This document shows, piece after piece, positions 1-8,532 of a DNA stretch of 56,751 nucleotides (positions within the stretch are counted from its first letter, which is position 1; every line of letters starts with the position of its first letter). The notes beneath the pieces are model-generated. The model did no database searches, had not been told where the DNA came from, and was given only the letters and a program-made list of their open reading frames with translations. The translations under genes were made by a program, and so were the position numbers. Source of the DNA: Rhodanobacter sp. (GTDB taxonomy: Bacteria > Pseudomonadota > Gammaproteobacteria > Xanthomonadales > Rhodanobacteraceae); contig JBIQMK010000002.1 in NCBI GenBank assembly GCA_044463365.1, forward strand, positions 1 to 56,751. The letters run 5' to 3'.

Positions 1-930
1 CGCGAGGTGGCGGTGGTGCAGGACTTCACCAACTCGTCCACCAGCAAGCGCTACAACAAGGTGCTGCCCAGCTTCAACGTCGCCTGGACCATCGCCGACA
101 ACTTCGTGCTGCGCGCCGCCGGCTCGCAGGCGATGGCCCGCGCCAACTACACCGACCTGGCCCAGCTCGGCAGCCTCACCAACAACACCCAGGACTACTA
201 CAACGACCGCAAACAGTTCGGCGCACCGCTGCCGGGCTGGTACGGCAGCGGCGCGAACGCCGACCTGAAACCGTTCACCGCGACCCAGTTCGACCTGGCC
301 GGCGAGTGGTACTACGGCCCGCACTCGGTCGTGGGTATCGACCTGTTCCAGAAGAAGGTGAAGAACTTCGTGGTGCCGGTCACCGTCAACAACATCGACG
401 TGAACGTGGGCGGCACGCAGCAGAACTTCATGCAGTACAGCACCAATGCCAACGGCCGCTCGGGCACGTCCAAGGGCATCGAGCTCTACGCGCAGCACAC
501 ATGGGACATGGGCTTTGGCTACATCGCCAACTACACGCTCAACAAGACCAACGAAACACCTGTCTCGCTGGGCGACACGCAGGTGGGCAAATCGGAGCTG
601 ATCGGCAGCGCCAAATATGCCGCCAACGTGTCGCTGTTCTATGAAAAGAACGGGTTGCTGCTGCGCGCCAGCAACAACTGGATCGGCCGCACCATGCAGG
701 GTCTGGCGTCGGGCCTGCCCATCTACTCGCAGCCGTATCACCAGATCGATCTGAACGGCGACTACGAGTTCACCAAGCACTTCATGCTGACCGCGTCGAT
801 CATCAACCTGACCAAGTCCACCCCGCATTCCTACCTGGGCTCGGACACCAGGGCGCGGTTGAACCTGCTGGAATACGCCGGCCGCCAGTACTACCTGGGA
901 GTCACCTACAAGTTCGGCGAAGGCGGTTGA
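1..930 (+). CDS. TonB-dependent receptor, C-terminal part (5'-truncated by window)
   Basis: Beta-barrel motifs LPSFNVAW, RAAGSQAMAR, GANADLKPF, EWYY, GIEL and terminal GRQYYLGVTYKF; frame open from base 1. Confidence 0.92.
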   Translation, partial: REVAVVQDFTNSSTSKRYNKVLPSFNVAWTIADNFVLRAAGSQAMARANYTDLAQLGSLTNNTQDYYNDRKQFGAPLPGWYGSGANADLKPFTATQFDLAGEWYYGPHSVVGIDLFQKKVKNFVVPVTVNNIDVNVGGTQQNFMQYSTNANGRSGTSKGIELYAQHTWDMGFGYIANYTLNKTNETPVSLGDTQVGKSELIGSAKYAANVSLFYEKNGLLLRASNNWIGRTMQGLASGLPIYSQPYHQIDLNGDYEFTKHFMLTASIINLTKSTPHSYLGSDTRARLNLLEYAGRQYYLGVTYKFGEGG

Positions 931-932
931 AG

Positions 933-1005
933 AACGGACGGGCGGGGCCGGGCTGCGGCCCGACCCCGCGTGATGGCGGGCGGTCCGGCCCGCGTTTCCG
1001 TTTTT
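933..1005 (+). terminator. Branched GC-rich hairpin with T-run after the TBDR (terminator or mRNA-stabilising structure)
   Basis: Stems 942-953/958-969 and 976-981/988-993, closed by aacgga/tccgtt and followed by ttttt. Confidence 0.45.
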
Positions 1006-1019
1006 CACAGGAACAGCCC

Positions 1020-3380
1020 ATGAATCCACCAACCCTCAACCGGCGTGCCGTCCTCGCCGTGATAGCGGCGTCCTTCGCGTTCGGAAGCATCGGCGCAAGC
1101 CATGCCGGCAATCGCAGTTCACCGCCGTCCACCGCATCGCCTGTCGATGCGGCCAATCCGCTGGTCGGCACCGCGCCGCTGGACCGGCAGGAGCTGATCG
1201 GCAACGCGCCGCCGCCGGGCGAACCGTTGTATTCCGGCATGACCTCGCCGGGCGCCAGCCTGCCGTTGAGCGCGACCGAGGCGGCGCCGGTCAACATCAA
1301 TGCCGACCTCGGCTTCGCCACCGGCGTGCCGGTGTCCTACGGCTATGGCCGCCCCGCGATGATCGGCTTCACCAGCGGCGGGTCCACCTACGGCGCGCGC
1401 GGCGAGCCGATGATCATGCCGGTGGTGGGCGACTGGACGGTACCTCCCGATTACGCGACCTCGTATTACGACAAGGCCAGCGAGAAAGCGTCGCCCGGCT
1501 ATTACGCGGTCGACCTGGCCACGTTCCACACCCGCGTCGAACTCACCGCCACGCAGTGGACCAGCCTGATGCGTTTCACCTTTCCGGCCAGCCATCGCGC
1601 GAACGTGGTGGTGAACCTGCGCCGCGCGGGCGGCGACGTGGAGGTGGTGGGCGACCACATCTTGCGCGGCGTGGCGGCCGAAGGGCGCGGCGACCACGAC
1701 GGCAACGGGCGATTCTTCACCGCGGAGTTCTCGCGGCCGTTCACCCGCTTCGGCACCTTCCACTCGACGGTCGACCACAAGGGCGAAGGCCTGGGGCGCG
1801 AAGATGTGCAGGCCGGCCGACGCACGGTCTCGGGCAGCTATGCCGGCGCCTACGTCAGCTTCGATACGCGAGCCGGCGAACAGGTGCTGGTTCGGGTGGC
1901 ACATGGCCACACGGCCGACGAGGCCGACCAGCGGCTGCACGCGGCGGAGGGCGATTTCGATCGCGCGCACGCCCAGGCGCGGGCCGTGTGGTCGCAGCTG
2001 TTCGACCGCGTGGCCGTCGACGGCGGCACGCCGAAACAGCGCATGCTGTTCTACTCCACGCTCTATCACTCCTTCGCCAGCCCGCGCCTGCTTGCGCGCA
2101 AGGGCGAGCAGTACATCGATGCCAACGGCCATGTCCACGTCGCCGGCTACGACCGCTACGGGCCGGTGCCGTACTGGGATACGGGGCGCAACCAGATCGC
2201 CCTGCTGATGCTGCTCGAACCGCCGGTGGTGCAGGACATCATGCGTTCCGAGCTGGACCGCGCCCACGAGCGCGGCTACATGAACACCTCGTTCCACGGC
2301 GACCACGCGGTGCTGCTCTACGACGGCGCGATGCGCAGCGGCATCGCGTTCGACTACGCCAGCGCCTACGAGGCGCTGCGCAAGAACGCGATGGACCCGA
2401 AGGGACCGCGTGGTTACCTGGCCGAGTACATGAAGAACGGCTGGATCGCCGACATCGTGCCGCCGGGAAATCCCAGCCCGCCCTATGCGGGCGGCAAGGC
2501 CGGCGTCGCCACCACCCTGGAATACGCCTGGGACGATCACGCGCTCGCCGATGTCGCCCAACGGCTCGGCAGGAAGGACGACGCGGCGATGTTCCTGCGC
2601 CGCGCCGCGAACTGGCGCAACGTGTTCGACCCCTCCACTGGTTTCATGCGCGGCAAAACCGCGGACGGCCAATGGATCTCACCGTTCGATCCGGCCGAGC
2701 CGTACTACAACTTCATGATGAAGGAGGCCTCCGGCTGGTCCACGCTGTGGCTGGTGCCGCATGACGTGCAGGGCCTGATGGACGTGCTTGGCGGACGCGA
2801 TGCGTTCAATGCCAAGCTCGATGCCTTCTTCTCCACGCCGTACCAGCCCAAGGGCATCTGCCGCGATTGCACGGGCGTGATCGGGCAGTACGTGCAGGGC
2901 AACCAGCCGGATCAGCAGGCGGCGTATCTCTACGCATGGAGCGGCCAGCCGTGGAAGACGCAGGCGCTGACCCGCCGCATCCTCGCCGAGCTGTACGGCA
3001 GCGACGCCACCGGCTACGGCTATCCCGGCATGGACGACCAGGGGTCCACCTCGTCCTGGTACGTGCTCAGCGCGATGGGCTTCTATCCGGTCGATCCGGC
3101 CAGCGCGGATTACATCATCGGCAGTCCGATCTTCGATCGCGTGCGGCTGCGGCTGGGCAACGGCAGGGTGTTCGAGATCGTGGCGCGCAACAACTCGGAT
3201 CGGAACATCTACATCCAGTCCGCCACCCTCAACGGCAAGCCATGGACCAAGCCCTGGTTCAGCCATGCGGACATCGCCGACGGCGCCACGCTGGTGCTCA
3301 CGATGGGACCCGCACCGAACAAGACGTGGGGCGCCGACGCGGCCGATGCGCCGCCGTCGATGTCCACGCGCGCTCCCTGA
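1020..3380 (+). CDS. GH92 family alpha-mannosidase (divergent), exported; possible Tat signal
   Basis: ATG 1020 after caggaa; N-terminus NRRAVLAVIAA; motifs ASPGYYAV, FYSTLYHS, WDT, TTLEYAWDD, FDPSTGFMR, GNQP, GMDDQG, WYVLSAMGFYPV, YIQSATLNG. Confidence 0.9.
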   Translation: MNPPTLNRRAVLAVIAASFAFGSIGASHAGNRSSPPSTASPVDAANPLVGTAPLDRQELIGNAPPPGEPLYSGMTSPGASLPLSATEAAPVNINADLGFATGVPVSYGYGRPAMIGFTSGGSTYGARGEPMIMPVVGDWTVPPDYATSYYDKASEKASPGYYAVDLATFHTRVELTATQWTSLMRFTFPASHRANVVVNLRRAGGDVEVVGDHILRGVAAEGRGDHDGNGRFFTAEFSRPFTRFGTFHSTVDHKGEGLGREDVQAGRRTVSGSYAGAYVSFDTRAGEQVLVRVAHGHTADEADQRLHAAEGDFDRAHAQARAVWSQLFDRVAVDGGTPKQRMLFYSTLYHSFASPRLLARKGEQYIDANGHVHVAGYDRYGPVPYWDTGRNQIALLMLLEPPVVQDIMRSELDRAHERGYMNTSFHGDHAVLLYDGAMRSGIAFDYASAYEALRKNAMDPKGPRGYLAEYMKNGWIADIVPPGNPSPPYAGGKAGVATTLEYAWDDHALADVAQRLGRKDDAAMFLRRAANWRNVFDPSTGFMRGKTADGQWISPFDPAEPYYNFMMKEASGWSTLWLVPHDVQGLMDVLGGRDAFNAKLDAFFSTPYQPKGICRDCTGVIGQYVQGNQPDQQAAYLYAWSGQPWKTQALTRRILAELYGSDATGYGYPGMDDQGSTSSWYVLSAMGFYPVDPASADYIIGSPIFDRVRLRLGNGRVFEIVARNNSDRNIYIQSATLNGKPWTKPWFSHADIADGATLVLTMGPAPNKTWGADAADAPPSMSTRAP

Positions 3381-3424
3381 TTTGCCGGATGTCGACTTCG
3401 TTTCTTCCGCTCGAGAGGACGGTC

Positions 3425-5398
3425 ATGACCATGAATCCGAAGATGCAAGCCCCGTTGATGTTCCGCTCGCGCAAGGTCCCGAAGAAAGCCGCTGCAGGCA
3501 TCGCCGGGCGGGCAGGGTTCCTGGCGGCGCTGGCCGTTGCCGCGCTGCTGGCCATCGCGCTGGCGCCGACCGCCAAGGCCGGGACGGGCCCGGCGAGCCC
3601 GCGCGCCGACGGCTCGACCGCGGTGGCGCGCGCCCGCGTGGCGGCGGACGTGCTGATGGCCTCGTACGACCCGGACAAGGCCTGGTTCCCGTCCAGCTGG
3701 TGGAACTCGGCGGTGGCGCTGCAAACCATTGGCGATTACATGCAACGCACCGGCGACCGTCGTTACCTCGGTCAGCTGGACAACACGTTCGAGAAGGACA
3801 AGGGCGCGTTCCCGCCCGGCGTGCTTTCGGGCGACCCGCTGCTTGGCAACTTCACCAGCCGCGCCATCGACGATTCCGAATGGTGGGCGCTGACCTGGCT
3901 GCAGGCGTACGACCTCACCGGCAACCGCAAGTACCTGGACATGGCGGTCACCATCGCCAACTTCGTGTACGGCTACTGGGATACCGGCACCTGCGGCGGT
4001 GGCGTGTGGTGGAACGCCGAACGCACGTACAAGAACGCCGTCACCAACGGCTTGTGGATCAGGCTCACGGCCGAGCTGCACAACCGCATGCCGGGCGACC
4101 GCGAATGGCTGGAACGCTCGCGCACCGCCTGGGCCTGGTTCCAGGGCAGCGGCATGGTCAACGCCCAGGGCGTGGTCAACGACGGCCTCACCGATGCCTG
4201 CACCAACAACGGCCAGACCGTGTGGAGCTACAACCAGGGCCTGGCGATCGGCGCCGGTCTGGAGTTGTGGCGCGCCACCCGCGACCCGTCCATCCTGGCG
4301 ACCGTGCGCCATCTGGCGGATGCCGCGATCGGTGCGGATGGCCTCGTCATGGACGGCATCCTCACCGAACGCTGCGATGCGCTGGACCAGACCTGCGACG
4401 ACAACGGCAAGCAGTTCAAGGGCATTTTCATGCGCTATTGGACCGACCTTGTCGACACCACCCGCGATCGCCGCTACGCCGATTTCCTCGACCGGCAAGC
4501 CGAAAGCATCTGGAACGCGGACCGCGATGCGGCCGGCCGCCTGGGTACGCGTTGGTCCGGCGCCACCAGCGACGCCCACCCCAATGTGTTCGACTGGCGG
4601 ACGCAGGCTAGCGCGCTCAGTGCGCTGATCGGCGACGTGCCGATGCCGATGCCGCAAGAGTCGCTGGCCGCGACCCTGTCGCCGGCGCAGCCGGTGGTCA
4701 TGCCGGCGGCGTCCGCTCCGTCGGCCATCCCGCTGGCATTGAAAACCTCGGCCACGGGGTACCTGCCGCTGCATGTGCTCGCCGTGATCGATGCGCCCGG
4801 CGGCTGGGACGTGTCGCCGCGCGCCACCCAGTTGCGTCTGCGTCCCCACGGTACGGCGCTACCCGTCGACGGCAGCATGCCGCTGACACTCCGCGTGCCG
4901 AGCCTGGCGACGGATGGTCACCACAGGCTCACCGCCAATGTCATGGCGGCCGGCTTGCGCTTCAGCGCCGAAGCCGACGTGCTGGTGGCGCATGCGATCG
5001 ACTTCGACACCGGCACCGCGGACGAGAACCCGTGGCTGTGGGACCCCGATGGCTCGCAGAGCAACGGCGTGCAGAACCGTTTCGCCGATGGCAACGCCCA
5101 CTTCACCTACCGTTTCCCGTTCCCGTCCGACACCACCTCGGCGCAGGTCATCCTCACCATCGACGCCGAATACGTGGTGCAGGCCAGCGCCGACGGCCAG
5201 CACTGGACCACCGTGCTGCAGGAAAACCAGCGGGTCACCGATGGCTCGAACAAGGCCGACCAAACCATCGACCTGACGCCGTACCTCGACGCCGGCAGCG
5301 ACGGCTCGAAGCCGGTCTACCTGAAGGTGTCCGACGCGTTCCCCGACGACGGCTGGGGCGGGCGCGTGTACCACGTCAGGGCGAACATCATCGAGTAG
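3425..5398 (+). CDS. GH76 endo-alpha-1,6-mannanase-like protein with C-terminal Ig-like and putative carbohydrate-binding domains
   Basis: RBS gagagga before ATG 3425 (3431 alternative); signal peptide; GH76 motifs WWNSA, catalytic DD pair (IDDSEWW), CGGGVWW, YKNAVTN, WSYNQG, FKGIFMRY. Confidence 0.88.
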   Translation: MTMNPKMQAPLMFRSRKVPKKAAAGIAGRAGFLAALAVAALLAIALAPTAKAGTGPASPRADGSTAVARARVAADVLMASYDPDKAWFPSSWWNSAVALQTIGDYMQRTGDRRYLGQLDNTFEKDKGAFPPGVLSGDPLLGNFTSRAIDDSEWWALTWLQAYDLTGNRKYLDMAVTIANFVYGYWDTGTCGGGVWWNAERTYKNAVTNGLWIRLTAELHNRMPGDREWLERSRTAWAWFQGSGMVNAQGVVNDGLTDACTNNGQTVWSYNQGLAIGAGLELWRATRDPSILATVRHLADAAIGADGLVMDGILTERCDALDQTCDDNGKQFKGIFMRYWTDLVDTTRDRRYADFLDRQAESIWNADRDAAGRLGTRWSGATSDAHPNVFDWRTQASALSALIGDVPMPMPQESLAATLSPAQPVVMPAASAPSAIPLALKTSATGYLPLHVLAVIDAPGGWDVSPRATQLRLRPHGTALPVDGSMPLTLRVPSLATDGHHRLTANVMAAGLRFSAEADVLVAHAIDFDTGTADENPWLWDPDGSQSNGVQNRFADGNAHFTYRFPFPSDTTSAQVILTIDAEYVVQASADGQHWTTVLQENQRVTDGSNKADQTIDLTPYLDAGSDGSKPVYLKVSDAFPDDGWGGRVYHVRANIIE

Positions 5399-5411
5399 CC
5401 GACCGAACGCA

Positions 5412-5441
5412 GGCCTCCGTTTCCCGTGGGAGACGGAGGCC
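5412..5441 (+). terminator. Intercistronic hairpin
   Basis: ggcctccgtttccc-gt-gggagacggaggcc, 14-bp stem with one G-U pair; no clear U-tract. Confidence 0.4.
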
Positions 5442-5480
5442 GCTTCGAATCCCACCCCGACCTTTACCGACGAGTTGCCC

Positions 5481-6356
5481 ATGCACCTGTTGCCACGTCT
5501 ACTGCTGATTTCCGGATGGCTGATCTCCGCCGCGGCGTTCGCCAACTCCGCCACGCCGCCCGGCGCCAGCACGCACGACCTTCGCGTGATGACCTTCAAC
5601 GTGCGTTACAGCGAGGCGGATGACGGCATCAACGCGTGGCCCAAGCGTCGCGACCTGATGGTGGAGGTGATCCGCCGGGAGCACCCCGACATCCTGGGGA
5701 CGCAGGAGCTGCTGTTGCCGCAAGCGGACTACCTGCAGAAGCACCTGCCCGGTTACACCTGGTTCGGCAGGGGCCGCAACGGCAACGAGATCGACAAGAA
5801 CGACAACGAACACATGGGCGTGTTCTACGACAAGGCACGCCTGAAAGTGCTCGAGTCCGGCAATTTCTGGTTGTCCGCTACGCCGGACAAACCGGGCAGC
5901 ATCGGCGCAGGCCAGGTGATGCCGCGCATGGTCACCTGGGCGCAATTCCAGGACCGGCGCAGCGGCAAGCGGTTCTACTACTACGACACCCACTTTCCCT
6001 ACCAGGACGGCGAGGCGGCCGAGGCGGTGCGTGAGCGATGCGCCCGGGAAATCCTGCAACGGCTGGCCCGCTTGCCCGCGTCGGCGCCGTTCATCCTGAC
6101 CGGCGATTTCAACACCACCCCCGGGAGCGCAACCCATGCGGCGTTGACCAGCGAGCTGCGCGATGCACGCACGTCGGCGCCGCGGCGCGAGGGCCCGGAC
6201 GCCACCTTTCACGACTTCACCGGCAATGCGAGCAAGCGGATCGACTGGATTCTCTACCGCGGCATGACCGCCGACCGCGTGCGCACGATCACCACGCACC
6301 ACGGCAAGGTTTATCCATCCGACCACTTTCCCGTGGTCGCCGATTTCAGCTGGTAA
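5481..6356 (+). CDS. Endonuclease/exonuclease/phosphatase (EEP) family protein, exported; candidate sugar-phosphate phosphatase
   Basis: Signal peptide; motifs VMTFNVR, PDILGTQE, GNFWLS, THF, LTGDFN, IDWI, PSDHFPV. Confidence 0.9.
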   Translation: MHLLPRLLLISGWLISAAAFANSATPPGASTHDLRVMTFNVRYSEADDGINAWPKRRDLMVEVIRREHPDILGTQELLLPQADYLQKHLPGYTWFGRGRNGNEIDKNDNEHMGVFYDKARLKVLESGNFWLSATPDKPGSIGAGQVMPRMVTWAQFQDRRSGKRFYYYDTHFPYQDGEAAEAVRERCAREILQRLARLPASAPFILTGDFNTTPGSATHAALTSELRDARTSAPRREGPDATFHDFTGNASKRIDWILYRGMTADRVRTITTHHGKVYPSDHFPVVADFSW

Positions 6357-6379
6357 CGCATGACGCAGAGGACTACCGA

Positions 6380-8248
6380 ATGACAGGCGACTCCAAAATG
6401 CATCGCGCGATCACCGCAATGGCCATGACCGTGGCGATGGGGCTGGCCCCGATGGCGATGGCCGCGCCGGCACAAACCGCCGTCTGGAACGGCAAGCCCG
6501 CGCCCCTGGCTACACCGTGGACAGCCGAGGTGTCGCCGCACAACGCCTTGCCCGAATACCCGCGGCCGCAACTGGCGCGCCCATCGCTGGAGCATCCTCG
6601 CTGGATGAGCCTCAACGGGCTGTGGCAGTACGCGGCAAGCGACACGCAGGGCGCGCCGCCGTTTGGCCGCACGCTGAAGGACAAGGTGCTGGTGCCGTAT
6701 CCGGTCGAGTCGGTGCTCTCGGGCGTGCAGAAGCATGCGGATTTCATGTTCTATCGCCGACTGGTTGAGATACCCGCGGACTTCACCACACATGGCCAGC
6801 ATGTGCGGCTTAACTTCGGCGCGGTCGCCCAGGACGCCACGGTCTACGTCAACGGCAAGAAGGTGGCGAATCATATGGACGGCTATACGTCCTTCGGCGC
6901 GGACATCACCTCGGCGCTTCGGCCCAAGGGTCCGCAGGAAATCATCGTCGCCGTGCACGCGCCGGTGGACGGCGCCAACGTGATGGTGGGCAAGCAGCGA
7001 CTGAAGCCCGAGGGCATCTTCTACACCGCGGCCTCGGGCATCTGGCAGTCGGTATGGCTGGAGCCGGTGCCGGCCACCAGCCTGGCGCAACTGACCTTCA
7101 CCCCGGTACGCAGCCTCGACGCCTTCACGGTGACGTCGAGATTGCAGGGCGAGAGTGGTGACGCGACCCTGCACGTCACCGCCTACGCGGACGGCAAGCC
7201 GGTGGGCGAGGCGAGCGGGCCGGCCGATGAACCGCTGCATCTGGCCATCGCGCATCCGCACCTGTGGAGTCCGCAGGATCCCTTCCTCTACACCTTCAAG
7301 GCCAGCCTGGTGCAGGGCGATCAGCATGACGCTGTCACCAGCTATGCCGGCCTGCGCAGCATCGGTATCGAGAAAGTGGGCGGACTCAACCGCATCGTAC
7401 TCAACGGCAAGCCGACCTTCCTGCTGGCCACGCTGGACCAGGGCTACTGGCCCGACGGCATCTATACCGCGCCCACCGACGCGGCACTGAAGTTCGACAT
7501 CCAGAAGACGAAGGACCTGGGCTTCAACACCATCCGCAAGCACATCAAGGTGGAGCCGGCGCGCTGGTATTACTGGGCCGACCGCATCGGCCTGATGGTG
7601 TGGCAGGACATGCCGTCGGTGCCCACCGGTCGCAACGACAAGCTCAGCGATGCCGACAAGGCCCGCTTCCGCCGCGACGTCACCGCCATCGTGGAACAGC
7701 TCAAGGGCGAAACCTCGATCATCGGCTGGGTTGCGTTCAACGAAGGCTGGGGCCAGTGGAGCATCCCGGCCGCTGCCGAGCTGGCGACGCAGATCAGGCA
7801 ACTGGATCCCTCGCGTCTGGTCAACGCGCGCAGCGGCGCCAACTGCTGCGACACCAAGGGCGACCCGCATGCCGGTGACGTCATCGACGTGCACGACTAC
7901 CAGGGCCCCGGCCTGCCGCGCCCGGACGCCACGCGCGCTTCCATGGACGGCGAACACGGCGGCCTGACGCTGGGCATTCCCGGCCACGTGTGGCCCAACA
8001 CCGCCATCAATCCCTACGGCGCGGTGAAGGATCGCGCCGCGTTGAACGATGGCTACGTCGCCAATACCGCGGTGTTGCGCGACAAGGGGCCGGGCGTCGG
8101 CCTGTCGGGCAGCGTCTATACCCAGATCACCGATGTCGAGGGTGAGCACAACGGCCTGTTTACCTACGACCGCAAGGTGGAGAAGGTGGACGAGGGCCGG
8201 GTGCGTGCGATCAACGAAGCGACGATCCGCGCCAACGGACAACACTGA
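6380..8248 (+). CDS. GH2 glycoside hydrolase, beta-galactofuranosidase-like type
   Basis: RBS gagga; signal peptide; TPW..PEYPRPQL, SLNGLWQY, VPYPVES.LSG, SGIWQSVWLE, LDQGYWPDGIYTAP, GFNTIRKHIKVE, FNEGWGQ, YTQITDVEGEHNGLFTYDR. Family is secure; specificity is inferred. Confidence 0.85.
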   Translation: MTGDSKMHRAITAMAMTVAMGLAPMAMAAPAQTAVWNGKPAPLATPWTAEVSPHNALPEYPRPQLARPSLEHPRWMSLNGLWQYAASDTQGAPPFGRTLKDKVLVPYPVESVLSGVQKHADFMFYRRLVEIPADFTTHGQHVRLNFGAVAQDATVYVNGKKVANHMDGYTSFGADITSALRPKGPQEIIVAVHAPVDGANVMVGKQRLKPEGIFYTAASGIWQSVWLEPVPATSLAQLTFTPVRSLDAFTVTSRLQGESGDATLHVTAYADGKPVGEASGPADEPLHLAIAHPHLWSPQDPFLYTFKASLVQGDQHDAVTSYAGLRSIGIEKVGGLNRIVLNGKPTFLLATLDQGYWPDGIYTAPTDAALKFDIQKTKDLGFNTIRKHIKVEPARWYYWADRIGLMVWQDMPSVPTGRNDKLSDADKARFRRDVTAIVEQLKGETSIIGWVAFNEGWGQWSIPAAAELATQIRQLDPSRLVNARSGANCCDTKGDPHAGDVIDVHDYQGPGLPRPDATRASMDGEHGGLTLGIPGHVWPNTAINPYGAVKDRAALNDGYVANTAVLRDKGPGVGLSGSVYTQITDVEGEHNGLFTYDRKVEKVDEGRVRAINEATIRANGQH

Positions 8249-8368
8249 AGCATTCGTGCCGCGACGGCATGGCCGTTCCCGCTGATCGCTGATCGAGCAC
8301 CGTCTGTCCAGTCGCGCCACGGTGCCGTCGCTTGATTCCCCCGGCCTTCGCGCGCCGGTGGTGTCGTG

Positions 8369-8401
8369 TTGACTTCAATAAATCGGTTGGGTAACGTTAC
8401 C
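8369..8401 (+). promoter_or_regulatory. Sigma70-type promoter overlapped by a LacI-type operator
   Basis: TTGACT (8369-8374), 17 bp, TAACGT (8392-8397); the perfect palindrome GGTAACGTTACC (8390-8401) covers the -10. Confidence 0.72.
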
Positions 8402-8532
8402 AAGACTCGCGCAGCGCTCGAATCCGTGCGCTCTTTCGTTGCATTCATTGGCGCGGCGTGGACGGGCAGGGGAAAGCGCCTGCGGGACGCGTCACGCACA
8501 CATAAAAATCGAAAGGTCTGGGGGAGGTCCGA

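Noticed and set aside
2867-3424. N-terminal extensions in the ORF track (GH76 from 2867, GH2 from 6038, GH92 from 15373, dps from 27229, yceI from 33240, tssG from 48656, methyltransferase from 54308)
   Set aside because: They overlap neighbouring genes or intergenic DNA; RBS, signal peptide or family N-terminus support the later starts. They are not fusions.
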